IMG/VR virus record: IMGVR_UViG_3300028920_000694
Location: 40,201 to 104,200 of that record
DNA length: 64,000 nucleotides
From: a virus
Direction: 5' to 3' (one strand)
This document shows, one piece after another, positions 20,296 to 29,987 of the stretch (position 1 is its first letter; each line of letters opens with the position of its first letter). The translations under genes were made by a program, and so were the position numbers. Below the pieces are notes generated by a model. It saw only the letters and a list, made by a program, of their open reading frames with translations, was not told the DNA's origin and made no database searches.

Positions 20296-22388
20296 TACTT
20301 ACCACCTATATCTAATGTCTCTTGATCTTCTACTCTTATAAATACCACATCATCTTCACTAATTGTAATTGATGGTTCCATAAATCCAACTATATAATAT
20401 TCCCATTCATAATTAGTTTCATTCCAATACCATATTTGTTCATTATCATCTAGAGTAGTGGAGATATCTGACGTAGCCATATCAGAAGCTGTTGTAGATT
20501 CATCATCTGTCCACCCAACATAATTACCACCATTATTTACACCAAATGTTAGAGTAACTTCTCTTGCATCTGAATATGTTGTTCCAGAATCTTCAGGCAT
20601 ATCTATCTCTATATCACCTACATCATCAGTTATATACACTTTAATTACCATAAATGTATCAATATTAAAATTAGTTCCAGATTCATCATGTGGATAGTAA
20701 GTTTGCCATAAACCATCATCCCCCCAAGAAGTTGCAGTCCAAGATGCTATATATTCACCATCACTCCAAGTTATCCCTTCATCATCAATGATATCAGCAA
20801 CACCAGATGCATCTTCATCATCATCTCCCAACCATATAAAATAATCAATGCCATCTGTTCTTATAGTAGATTTATATACAGACAATGTAGTAAAATGAAA
20901 AGTACTATTACACCAGCCACCCTCACCATCAGAAACATTCATGCTCCACCAATATTTTGTATTGTAACTACTGAAATTACTTGTAGGTTGCGAGATATTT
21001 GTATTATTAGCAACAGAAGTATTAGATGCAAACTGTACCCAACTACCACTACTATTACTCCACCAAGTTACATCCATACTGTCACCATTAGGGTCAGTAA
21101 CAATACCATATAAGGTAGGATTCAAAGAAATACCTATGCTACCATTCGTAGGACATTCACCAGATACCCCATCAGGTGCAGCGTTTACAATATAAGTACA
21201 ATACAACAGATATTCCCAATTAGTATTTTCAGCGTTCTTTGTATAAGGATTACTCCATGTAGGATATGTTTGATAATCTTGAGCAAACCACTTATCATCA
21301 CCCTCTACAGTATATCCTATCCTACCAACATTTTCACCACTTCCAAAACATACAACCATATATTCTGTATCATCATATACATCGACATCTTCATCTAAAG
21401 TAAAACTCACCCAGCCCCAATCTTGATTAATAACTTTTTCTTCAGTAGTCTCAATAAATGCTAATGTATCATAATCATATAAAGCACATTTAACATTAAT
21501 GTTAGCACTAGAATAAAGATATGCATGAATTGTTTTAGCTACACCATCTGATGCTGGAGTATCTTTACATGCAAATTCACGTATATTTATAGGACTATAC
21601 CATCCATATGCACCACCATTATATCCAAATTCTGGGTCAATTTCAAAACTATTACCAGACTGTAATGGGTTACGACTCATATTTTGTGTTAATCTAAACC
21701 AGAAAACATCATTGCCATTGATATTCTTAATACCATGATTAGCCAAAATTACCCCATCCTGAATTAAAGGTTTGACATCCGAGAAGTTGAAAAGCACATT
21801 ATAATCTTCAGTAGCATTAGCTGGATATGTGATTTCGTATTCATACAATGATGTTTTATTTACATAGTTTTTAACAGCAATGTCAATACCAAATGTGAAT
21901 CTAAAATAAGTATCTATAGGTGCATTATTAGTAACCTTTAATGTAATTTTTTCGCTAGTATTATCCTCAGACCTAATTCTATTTATATCAAGCCAGTTAT
22001 TAAGGTTCTCACCTTGGAACTCAGTAACCCACTCCTCGAGAATAGGATGCCAAGCCTCTAACTGCCATGCACTATGAGCCAGGAATAACTGCCAGAAATA
22101 AGACCAGTTAACTGTTTTAAATATTGTTTCACCAATACCAAAACTATCTACAGGAGGGACAATATATTCATACAAATAAGGTTCATCATCAGGTGGATCA
22201 TCAACAGGACCACCTACTGGTAATAATGATATGCTAGCTGAACCTATAGTTATTATTGATGCAACCGTTACAATCTTTTTCCAATTTCTCTTCCACCAGC
22301 CCTTCTTTGTGAAGAACATTACAAGTAATGGAACTTCTATAAATGTAATTATTAATACTAATAATAGTATATAAACTAATTCAATCAT
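20295..22388 (-). CDS. Membrane-anchored, Asn/Asp-rich multi-domain surface (adhesin-like) protein
   Basis: N-terminal TM helix, then WWKRNWKK. Contains an Ig/FN3-like module VTDPNGDSMDVTWW...YNTKYWWSMNVSDG and many N-x-S/T sequons. Confidence 0.6.
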   Translation of the reverse strand: MIELVYILLLVLIITFIEVPLLVMFFTKKGWWKRNWKKIVTVASIITIGSASISLLPVGGPVDDPPDDEPYLYEYIVPPVDSFGIGETIFKTVNWSYFWQLFLAHSAWQLEAWHPILEEWVTEFQGENLNNWLDINRIRSEDNTSEKITLKVTNNAPIDTYFRFTFGIDIAVKNYVNKTSLYEYEITYPANATEDYNVLFNFSDVKPLIQDGVILANHGIKNINGNDVFWFRLTQNMSRNPLQSGNSFEIDPEFGYNGGAYGWYSPINIREFACKDTPASDGVAKTIHAYLYSSANINVKCALYDYDTLAFIETTEEKVINQDWGWVSFTLDEDVDVYDDTEYMVVCFGSGENVGRIGYTVEGDDKWFAQDYQTYPTWSNPYTKNAENTNWEYLLYCTYIVNAAPDGVSGECPTNGSIGISLNPTLYGIVTDPNGDSMDVTWWSNSSGSWVQFASNTSVANNTNISQPTSNFSSYNTKYWWSMNVSDGEGGWCNSTFHFTTLSVYKSTIRTDGIDYFIWLGDDDEDASGVADIIDDEGITWSDGEYIASWTATSWGDDGLWQTYYPHDESGTNFNIDTFMVIKVYITDDVGDIEIDMPEDSGTTYSDAREVTLTFGVNNGGNYVGWTDDESTTASDMATSDISTTLDDNEQIWYWNETNYEWEYYIVGFMEPSITISEDDVVFIRVEDQETLDIGGK

Positions 22389-22419
22389 AATTTTCTTAAA
22401 GATATTATATCTGACATAA

Positions 22420-23559
22420 TTAATAAATACTTACTTGTGCAAATGCAGTACAATATTCTAATTGACTTCCTTGGCTACCATAAGTATGAGTTCCACTATA
22501 CATTGCCCTAATTTCTATATTACTATCTATATCAGAAACTCCTAGAGGATATCCTTGTGATATTGTAGAACTGGTCTTATAGATAGAACTCCAAGTTCCA
22601 TCTTGAGTATTCCCACTTAAGAATTGAATTTGTAAGCCAGATACACTTATACCCCCAGAATTTGCTATTCCACATTGCCAAAGATACGCTTTCTTTCCTG
22701 TTGGGCATTTCATCCTACATAGATTTAAATTCTGTCCAGAAAGTAAACGAACTGTTGGAGTTGAAAAAACAAGTGGAGGTAATTCATTCTCCCATTTAGC
22801 ATCATTTTGTTTATATACAAGAATTTCTCCACTAGCAGGAGATGTTAGATTTGTATCAGTTAGACTATCTAAATCACTAGAACCAGACTTCCAAGCAACC
22901 CAATTGGAGCCATCCCATATGAGTCCAGAATTCTCCCAATTAGATGAATCCCAACTAGAAATATCATCTGCTTGAATAATTTCATACATAGCAGTTTGGC
23001 TGGATGCTGAAAGTTTAGCGGATGATGCCTCATACCAATCATTTACTAACTTTAAATTACTACTAACTCCAACTCCTAAATCACTAGGATAGAAATTAGA
23101 TAAAGCTTGTGTAGATTTGATATAATTAGATATAATATTTGAGCTAGTCATATAATCAGTTGGGTCAAATGAACCCAATGCATCTATCTTAGTATCAAGT
23201 GCACCCGATATAGTATCTACATAAATCTTGTTAGCAGCTCCTGAATTATAGGTAGGTTGAGTTAAACCTGATATCATATCTGCATATATCTCAAGTGAAT
23301 TAACTAATATAGTCCCACCTGAAATAGTTGCTGATGAAAGATAAGCCATATTATAAATACCTTTAGAATCCCAATCTTTATTATCATCAATTGTTAATTC
23401 GGACAAATTAGATGCACCAGTTCCTCCACCTGATGCCATAGCTACCCAATTGGAACCATCCCAAATTAAACCAGAATTTTCCCATAAGGAGGAATCCCAA
23501 GACGAAATGTCTGTTGCTCCTGTTAATTTATATTCTTTTAATCTACTCATATTATCCAC
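22420..23559 (-). CDS. Modular fibre protein
   Basis: Internal duplicate DISSWDSS.WENSGLIWDGSNWVA (x2), SNLSELTIDDNKDWDSK module, and LDSLTDTNLTSPASGEILVY repeat. Confidence 0.6.
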   Translation of the reverse strand: MDNMSRLKEYKLTGATDISSWDSSLWENSGLIWDGSNWVAMASGGGTGASNLSELTIDDNKDWDSKGIYNMAYLSSATISGGTILVNSLEIYADMISGLTQPTYNSGAANKIYVDTISGALDTKIDALGSFDPTDYMTSSNIISNYIKSTQALSNFYPSDLGVGVSSNLKLVNDWYEASSAKLSASSQTAMYEIIQADDISSWDSSNWENSGLIWDGSNWVAWKSGSSDLDSLTDTNLTSPASGEILVYKQNDAKWENELPPLVFSTPTVRLLSGQNLNLCRMKCPTGKKAYLWQCGIANSGGISVSGLQIQFLSGNTQDGTWSSIYKTSSTISQGYPLGVSDIDSNIEIRAMYSGTHTYGSQGSQLEYCTAFAQVSIY

Positions 23560-24457
23560 CTATAAATTTTAACAATCTTTTATTTCCATAAAATTTCATA
23601 TGCCTATTCTTAGTATTAATAAATCCTAATATTCTTGTAGTTGACTCTTCTTCTGAAGTTATATGATATGTATAATAATCTTCATGCCAACTATCACCAC
23701 CACCATTTGGTGAATCATTATCCTTATCTGGATTATCACAAGTAAAGTTTGCAATTAGTATTCCTGAACCATTAATCGTAGCTTCAGCACCCCAATTACC
23801 ACCTCCATATGGAGAAGGATCAAGACACGAAGCTGCAAGTGGATGGTCAGCATTGGAATCACCTAATTGTGGATTACCAGACCCATATGTAAGTTGGTTT
23901 CCCCTTGTACCTGAACGTACCTTTATTCCATTTATCCACAAACCCATATCCCCCTGTGCACCACCTTCTGAGCAAAACTGAAAACTAACTACAAACCAAC
24001 CAGGTAAATCTGCATCTAGTATTTCGTGAATAACATTGTCTTGTGGTGTACCACCAGTATTATGAGTACAGCATATTTCCACACCAGTTTCTGTAGCTCT
24101 TAAAAAACCAGCTTGTGCATGTGTTCCACCACCATTGTGAAATAGTCCATAAACTTGGTCATGTGTTAACCCATCTGGAATATACAATAACATCGCTGCA
24201 TCAGTGATAATGTAAATATCCATCCACCCACTATTAGGTGGATTGTTGTTACTATTCATTCCTTCATAATCCTCTTGAGTGGATATGTCTTCAGAGCCTA
24301 CATTAGAATTATCATCATTACCTGATTCATCTCTACCGAAATTGGTACCAAGATTAGTTGAATTTAATTCCCAATAAGTATGAGGATTATGAGCTGAAAT
24401 GAAATCTTCTCTCCCATTATTAGGTGTAATAGATGCCATTAGACTACAGCCCTCCAA
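23552..24457 (-). CDS. LamG/ConA-like lectin domain protein
   Basis: PHTYWELN...WFVVSFQF...MGLWINGIKVRSG, typical of ConA-like modules. The start may be the ATG at 24439. Confidence 0.55.
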   Translation of the reverse strand: MEGCSLMASITPNNGREDFISAHNPHTYWELNSTNLGTNFGRDESGNDDNSNVGSEDISTQEDYEGMNSNNNPPNSGWMDIYIITDAAMLLYIPDGLTHDQVYGLFHNGGGTHAQAGFLRATETGVEICCTHNTGGTPQDNVIHEILDADLPGWFVVSFQFCSEGGAQGDMGLWINGIKVRSGTRGNQLTYGSGNPQLGDSNADHPLAASCLDPSPYGGGNWGAEATINGSGILIANFTCDNPDKDNDSPNGGGDSWHEDYYTYHITSEEESTTRILGFINTKNRHMKFYGNKRLLKFIGG

Positions 24458-27147
24458 CTAAAAGTTTCTGAATCAGGTGATGTATGTCTAACAGTGATGT
24501 TTGTGGCATCAACAGTAAATGCATATGATATTGGATTAGCTCCACTAGGAGCAATACTTACCCAAGATGGTTTAGAACTGCAAGTATGAGCTATAGTTCC
24601 TCCATCCGATACTTCTCCCCAACCATATCTAGTTTGATTTGAAGGGGAATATTTACCTATAAGTGTGGTACTTGCTGCATAATTAGATATGATATTTGCT
24701 GAAGTCATATAGCTTTCTGGAGTAAAAGAAACTATAGCATCTAATCTTGTATCAATATTACCTGAGAAAGCATCAACCCACGCTTGATTATATAAGTTAG
24801 CACTTTTAGCATAATTAGTGATGATATTTGTAGATGTCATATATAAATCTACACTAAAGCTATGTAGTGCTGAGTTTGCACTATGCTTCATATTAGCTAA
24901 AACCTGTGAAGAAATTCCTCTTCCAAGGGAAGATGGATAATACTCACTTCCATCTAGTAAATCTTGTTTGGTATTAATTTTTGTAGATAAAGAACCTGAT
25001 ATGGTGGATAATTTCTCACCAGATGCATTATACCAATCAGTTAAAGCTAATACTTGGGAAGATATCCCTTTACCTAATGAAGATGGATAATATCCTAGAT
25101 GTATATGTAGAGAATCTGCATCTGAACCATCTGTTAGAGTTTCTAACTCAGTTGCAGTTGCATTAGTCTTTCCAGTGAATGTAGTAAATTTAATAGTTCC
25201 ACCAGATACACTAGTACCACTTATGGCTCCATCAGCAAAAATGTGTCCAGTCACATCTAAATCATCATCATGAGCATGAACCATCTTAAGTGTTCCTGCA
25301 CCTGTTCCATCACTCATTCCTTCTGCCATACCATCGAAATGACTTGTGATTTCATCTCCTGATGCTACATTAAACCCGTAATTATTAGCAAAGTCTTCAA
25401 TATGCATATCATTGGCTAAACAGTGAACTTCTCCATTATTACCTGCAGTATCCATATACACTGCATAACTAGTTCCATTTCCTGCTGAAGTTAAATGAAG
25501 ATGATTATAATTAACGTGTTTATCTGTTCCTGCACCATGTAGATATAAAATACCACAAGTGCCATTATAAGAGGCACTCTTCATATCCATATCTACAGTA
25601 TTATGGTCAAAATAAGATTCTACAGTGAATGTGGTTGCTTCATTTACTAATGCTGCTGTATCTCCAGCATCGCTAATTTCTATCTGAAACTCATTATCCC
25701 ACATACTCCAAGTGGTAGTTCCTAAGAAATCAAATATCCAATGACTATTAGTTCCTGCAGCAGTTCCATCGAAATCATATTTTGACCAACATCTCCTCAT
25801 ACGGAATGTTGTTCCACTAAATCTTCCTAATGAACCAATATGACCATTTTCTGAATTTGAAAGGATTAGACGACAATTATCTACAGAATGTCTTCCACCA
25901 GATGCAGAAATTAGATGGGTATTATCAGTAGATGTATTGTAAGCTATAGTTAAATCTCTAATTGCTGATTTATTACCAGCATCTGAAGCGAAATAAAGTG
26001 TTCCACTTATTATTATGTCACTTCTTTTGCCTTCACCATCTAAAGATACCCAATCTTCCATCTTGATGTCTTCGGTATAGACTCCTGGATATATCATAAT
26101 GCTATAAGGCTTAGAAGAACTATTATCTGTAATTGAATCTATTGCATCTTGAATTGAAGTAAAGTGAGCACCTGATTTAGCAACAGTTACTATATTTTCA
26201 TAATCACCGGATGGAGCATAAAGACTAGTAGCATTGGAAGAAAAACCATAGAATTCACTGGCACCTGACCAAGCAACATCACTGACAGCTGCATGAGTAT
26301 GAAGAGTGGTTTCAGATCCATCTGTCAATTCCTCTAATTCCGCAGCGGTAGCATCAGTTTTCCCAGTAAATTCTGTAAATTTAATAATATTACTGGATAT
26401 AGATTGAGTAGAAATAGCTTGAGATGATAAATTGCCTTCAATATACATATCTTCTTTGAATAGTGCATTTCCAGCCTCTATATATAGTCCATAATTATTA
26501 GTGGCACCATCAGCATATCCATAAATAGCTATATTAGTAGTATTAGCACCAATAACTGTCCCATTAAATCCATAAAGTGTTGAAATTCCTGTTTTATTTG
26601 CATGCATCTTAAGAGCTTGTGTATATCCAAGACCATCGTCTGGAGTTAATTCTATATTAACAAATCCTCTAAGATTAGGTGAGACAGCTTGTAATCCAAA
26701 GGCTGCTCCAGATAAAACATGTAATGGATATAATGGATTAGTAGTACCTATACCAACCTTCTTTGATGTACCAGAGTAATATATAGAGTCCCCAACCTTT
26801 TTCCATATACCTGATGGAGCAAATCTAGAAATTGCTGATGTACTAGTTATATATAGAGTAGAGTCAAATACATCATATCCCTCTAAAGTATCTATTCTAG
26901 TATCAATTGAGCCTGATAAAGTATCTATCCAATTTTTATTGTAGAGATTGGTACTCTTAGCATAGTTAGCTATGATATTGGCAGATGTCATATAATTATC
27001 AGGTGTGAATAATGTAACACTAGATGACCATCCAAACAATGCTGTTATGTTTCCAGAAGCTATCTTACCTAATGTTGATGGATAGTAATCTCCTGGACTC
27101 ATTGTAGAGCCTTGATTACTTCCTTGCTTAATAAATATATGTCCCAT
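24439..27147 (-). CDS. Large tail fibre (902 aa) with a pectinesterase-like beta-helix
   Basis: IVTVAKSGAHFTSIQDAIDSI...IMIYPGVYTED (pectinesterase-like start), KVGIGTTNP motif, YYPSSLG and YMTS.NII.NY repeats. C-terminal domain shared with 5245..7869. Confidence 0.7.
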   Translation of the reverse strand: MGHIFIKQGSNQGSTMSPGDYYPSTLGKIASGNITALFGWSSSVTLFTPDNYMTSANIIANYAKSTNLYNKNWIDTLSGSIDTRIDTLEGYDVFDSTLYITSTSAISRFAPSGIWKKVGDSIYYSGTSKKVGIGTTNPLYPLHVLSGAAFGLQAVSPNLRGFVNIELTPDDGLGYTQALKMHANKTGISTLYGFNGTVIGANTTNIAIYGYADGATNNYGLYIEAGNALFKEDMYIEGNLSSQAISTQSISSNIIKFTEFTGKTDATAAELEELTDGSETTLHTHAAVSDVAWSGASEFYGFSSNATSLYAPSGDYENIVTVAKSGAHFTSIQDAIDSITDNSSSKPYSIMIYPGVYTEDIKMEDWVSLDGEGKRSDIIISGTLYFASDAGNKSAIRDLTIAYNTSTDNTHLISASGGRHSVDNCRLILSNSENGHIGSLGRFSGTTFRMRRCWSKYDFDGTAAGTNSHWIFDFLGTTTWSMWDNEFQIEISDAGDTAALVNEATTFTVESYFDHNTVDMDMKSASYNGTCGILYLHGAGTDKHVNYNHLHLTSAGNGTSYAVYMDTAGNNGEVHCLANDMHIEDFANNYGFNVASGDEITSHFDGMAEGMSDGTGAGTLKMVHAHDDDLDVTGHIFADGAISGTSVSGGTIKFTTFTGKTNATATELETLTDGSDADSLHIHLGYYPSSLGKGISSQVLALTDWYNASGEKLSTISGSLSTKINTKQDLLDGSEYYPSSLGRGISSQVLANMKHSANSALHSFSVDLYMTSTNIITNYAKSANLYNQAWVDAFSGNIDTRLDAIVSFTPESYMTSANIISNYAASTTLIGKYSPSNQTRYGWGEVSDGGTIAHTCSSKPSWVSIAPSGANPISYAFTVDATNITVRHTSPDSETFSWRAVV

Positions 27148-27299
27148 TTATTTTACCTTTAATTTAATTTTAATCTAAATTTATCTTAATCTAAAAACAG
27201 AATACATAGTTATCTACATTCCTATATTCCAAGCGTATCTAGAAAATGTATTTCTGCATTGGATATATAAAAACATAGAAACTGACATAGTTACAGACA

Positions 27300-27521
27300 T
27301 TATCTTCCTATTCGACCTCTTCCTTTGCTTGCTGCAGCCTTAGACTTTCTTTCCATTTCTTTATAATCTTCTTGTCTTTTCTTTGCTTCCCAGATAATTC
27401 TCTTCTCCAGAAAGCGTATGTCCATCGGTTTATCTCTTCTCAATTCACCAATTTCACTTGGAGTCCGATTGAGAATCTTACATAGCTCATATTCCAGAGC
27501 ACCAAAACCACCTTCAACGAA
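27300..27521 (-). CDS. Frameshift extension of the tail assembly chaperone (gpGT-like)
   Basis: The +1 frame, entered at TTT-CGT-TGA, is open for 73 codons and encodes LEYELCKILNRTPSEIGEL, resembling gpT halves. There is no independent SD/start at its 5' end. Confidence 0.65.
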   Translation of the reverse strand, partial: FVEGGFGALEYELCKILNRTPSEIGELRRDKPMDIRFLEKRIIWEAKKRQEDYKEMERKSKAAASKGRGRIGR

Positions 27522-27957
27522 ATTTATCTAACTCACCCTCAGAGAGTGGTCCTTGAATCGCTACCATCATCAATTCATTAATGAAACTTATCAAAGTGTT
27601 TGTTGATGTTCTATTTCCCCAGAACTCTTCATTTAATTGCTTATTCAGAGTCAATTCAGAAGCAAGTTCAACAAACTTCTTGATTGTAGTTTCACTGTTT
27701 GGTTTAGAGAGGAATATCATCATCTCACCCAATTGATTAGGTGTTGGTTTATGACAGAGTAGTTTCCTTTTAGTTGAAGGAGAGGATTTGAAGATTACTT
27801 CTACAGTATCTTCTTTATAATCCCTCTCAAGTATATCTCTTGTAGCAATCTGGTCTATGATTTCTTTTTTACTTACTCGGTCTTTCTTCTCAATCTTTTC
27901 TTTGAATTCTTTCACCTTTTCTTGATGAATCTCAGCTTTTGTTTTTTCTTCAGGCAC
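27514..27957 (-). CDS. Tail assembly chaperone (gpG-like)
   Basis: Directly after the tail tube genes; GTG start with a GGAGGTGA SD; ends ...LDKFR* at a slippery TTT-CGT. Confidence 0.7.
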   Translation of the reverse strand: MPEEKTKAEIHQEKVKEFKEKIEKKDRVSKKEIIDQIATRDILERDYKEDTVEVIFKSSPSTKRKLLCHKPTPNQLGEMMIFLSKPNSETTIKKFVELASELTLNKQLNEEFWGNRTSTNTLISFINELMMVAIQGPLSEGELDKFR

Positions 27958-27995
27958 TAATGAATCACCTCCTTCACATGCCTACCACATTAATC

Positions 27996-28454
27996 CTAAT
28001 GCCCAGCATCCGATATGTATGTATGACCAGCTGGTTCACTAAGTCTTATACCAGATACCTTATATGGATATAACACACTGAAGTTTACAGTTCCTTCTGC
28101 AATATCGCTAGCAGTTCCTAGAGTAAAATCAAATCCAGTTATCTGTGTGCTAGCAAAGTAGAAGTATAATGAATTAGAACCACAATTACCAGATACCCAT
28201 ACATGTTCACCATCAATCATGTTTCCAACTATCTTACCTACTGCTGTAGAGTGTAATTTACAAGATGTTAATGAACCATCTGCAGTGACTGCACCCTTCA
28301 TTCTGAAATTACCTTTCTCACCAATAAGTTCTTGTTCAGCTATTCCAGCACCTAATGTTAGAGTGAAATCAGATAATGCTAGTGTTGAATGAGTCATTCC
28401 ACTAATCCATACTGATGCATCTTCACCTGTGTATATTGTTGGAGTTCCTACCAT
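27996..28454 (-). CDS. Tail tube protein, paralog 2
   Basis: YTGEDASVWI...DFTLTL...EQELIG...G.VTADGSLT, colinear with paralog 1. Confidence 0.75.
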   Translation of the reverse strand: MVGTPTIYTGEDASVWISGMTHSTLALSDFTLTLGAGIAEQELIGEKGNFRMKGAVTADGSLTSCKLHSTAVGKIVGNMIDGEHVWVSGNCGSNSLYFYFASTQITGFDFTLGTASDIAEGTVNFSVLYPYKVSGIRLSEPAGHTYISDAGH

Positions 28455-28460
28455 ATCTCA

Positions 28461-28949
28461 TCACCCCGTAATTACGCCAGAAGTGTATTTGATATCTTGT
28501 GGATTCATTAATGTGAAATCCATGCTTGCAGTTGTTACTGTATCTGCATCTCCAATTGCAACTTCGTATCCAGTGACTTGACAAGATGGTAATACCCAAG
28601 CTAAATACACTACATCAGTCTTTGTAGACACACAACCTGAAATAGCAAGATATTCATACTTATTCCAAGTATCATGATTATGAAGTAAGTTATATAGCAT
28701 ATCAGCTATACCAGATGTAGCAAACTTAGCTGCAGTTAATGAACCTTCAATTGAAAGTGATCCCTGGTCAAAGTAATTTCCAGGCATACCAATCAATGGT
28801 TGTTCTATAGTTCCTCTATCAAATGTAAGAGAGAAGTCTCCTATACCGAATGTCTCATGATTGTGATAAAGTGCAGTTGGGTTTCCTGTTCCACCAGAGT
28901 GAGCAGCCAATTTAACTGTTGCATTTTTACCTGTGACTGTACCAACCAT
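28461..28949 (-). CDS. Tail tube protein, paralog 1
   Basis: VTGKNATVKL...DFSLTFDRG.IEQPLIG...SIEGSLT...CQVTGYEVAIGDADTVTTASMDF, a tail-tube fold pattern. Confidence 0.8.
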   Translation of the reverse strand: MVGTVTGKNATVKLAAHSGGTGNPTALYHNHETFGIGDFSLTFDRGTIEQPLIGMPGNYFDQGSLSIEGSLTAAKFATSGIADMLYNLLHNHDTWNKYEYLAISGCVSTKTDVVYLAWVLPSCQVTGYEVAIGDADTVTTASMDFTLMNPQDIKYTSGVITG

Positions 28950-29065
28950 TTTAATCCACCTGCCTTGTATTTAGGATAATCATTCTTTCTGACCTTTTCT
29001 ATATAAAAATAAATACATACATATCAACCAATTATTTCACTTAATCATTAAATAAATCTAACATT

Positions 29066-29467
29066 TTAATCATCATGATGGTATGTTCTACTGAATACTA
29101 GTATCTTTCTATATATTCTTCTAGCATCATCATTATCATCATTATCTGAATCTTTTCTACATGCACCAGATGCAATGAACATAGGGATTATTGTATCTGA
29201 TAAATCATATGTCTGCTTTTTACTTCTAGAAATCACATCCACCTGAGTGACTAGTTCCTCTTTTCTCATTCTGGAACCTTTTGGTGAACTCTTATATCCA
29301 AGATATCCTGTATCTGAACCACCTACTTGAGATAGAATGATACATGGAAACTTCTCTAGTTCATCAGGCCATCCATATCTAATCTCTGATTTAGAAACTG
29401 TATCTGTTATTGCAGAACAACTTTTTAGATATCCACCTAATTCACGAAGAGCATCTGAAGAAATGAT
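29066..29467 (-). CDS. Tail terminator / completion protein (non-canonical ATC/ATT start inferred)
   Basis: The frame is open 66 codons upstream of the tracked ATG (29269) and encodes IRYGWPDELEKFPCIILSQVGG...TQVDVIS, a tail-terminator pattern. No ATG/GTG/TTG lies in that stretch. Canonical position between neck and tube genes. Confidence 0.7.
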   Translation of the reverse strand: MISSDALRELGGYLKSCSAITDTVSKSEIRYGWPDELEKFPCIILSQVGGSDTGYLGYKSSPKGSRMRKEELVTQVDVISRSKKQTYDLSDTIIPMFIASGACRKDSDNDDNDDARRIYRKILVFSRTYHHDD

Positions 29468-29468
29468 A

Positions 29469-29987
29469 TCACCTCACCCTCAATGATATTCCAAATAAGC
29501 CTTGACTTATACTTTGTGTTATTTCCTGCAATATCTGTCTATGAACATATGGAGATTCAATTGCTCTAGTCAGATAATTATATCCCTTTTGGACTGCAAA
29601 TCTCTGTCTATACATTGGTGGATTCAATCCTTGCTGCTTACCTATAGGGAATGGTGGACTTGAGCCAGGTCTTTCAACCATAGCAGCTCCAATTGCTCCA
29701 AATTCAACAACTGCAGCATGTTTAGATTTACAGAATAATCTGAATTTATCTGCCATGCCTTGTTTACCCCATGTTGTTTTGCTTCTAATAGAATCTGTGG
29801 ATACTCCAAGAGATGGCCATCTACCAGTTCCGACACTCATATCTAGATATTCAATAGCAGAATCTCTAACAATGTCACATGATTTATCCAATCCAGTATA
29901 TGCAGATGAATGTATCTTCTGTACAATGTTGTCTATGTTCTGAAGAACTGTATTTAGATTACTAATCCTATAGTCTATAGTCATCAT
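29469..29987 (-). CDS. HK97 gp10-like neck/tail completion protein
   Basis: SKHAAVVEFGA and KGYNYLTRAIE motifs; gene position. Confidence 0.7.
   Translation of the reverse strand: MMTIDYRISNLNTVLQNIDNIVQKIHSSAYTGLDKSCDIVRDSAIEYLDMSVGTGRWPSLGVSTDSIRSKTTWGKQGMADKFRLFCKSKHAAVVEFGAIGAAMVERPGSSPPFPIGKQQGLNPPMYRQRFAVQKGYNYLTRAIESPYVHRQILQEITQSISQGLFGISLRVR

Noticed and set aside
5245-27147. Diversity-generating retroelement or shufflon acting on the two fibres with homologous C-termini
   Set aside because: Differences occur at all bases rather than only adenines, there is no near-identical non-coding template repeat, and no reverse transcriptase or invertase is in the window.
27430-27530. Canonical -1 frameshift in the tail chaperone
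   Set aside because: No XXXYYYZ heptamer precedes the stop and the -1 frame closes quickly; the +1 frame carries the gpT-like sequence.
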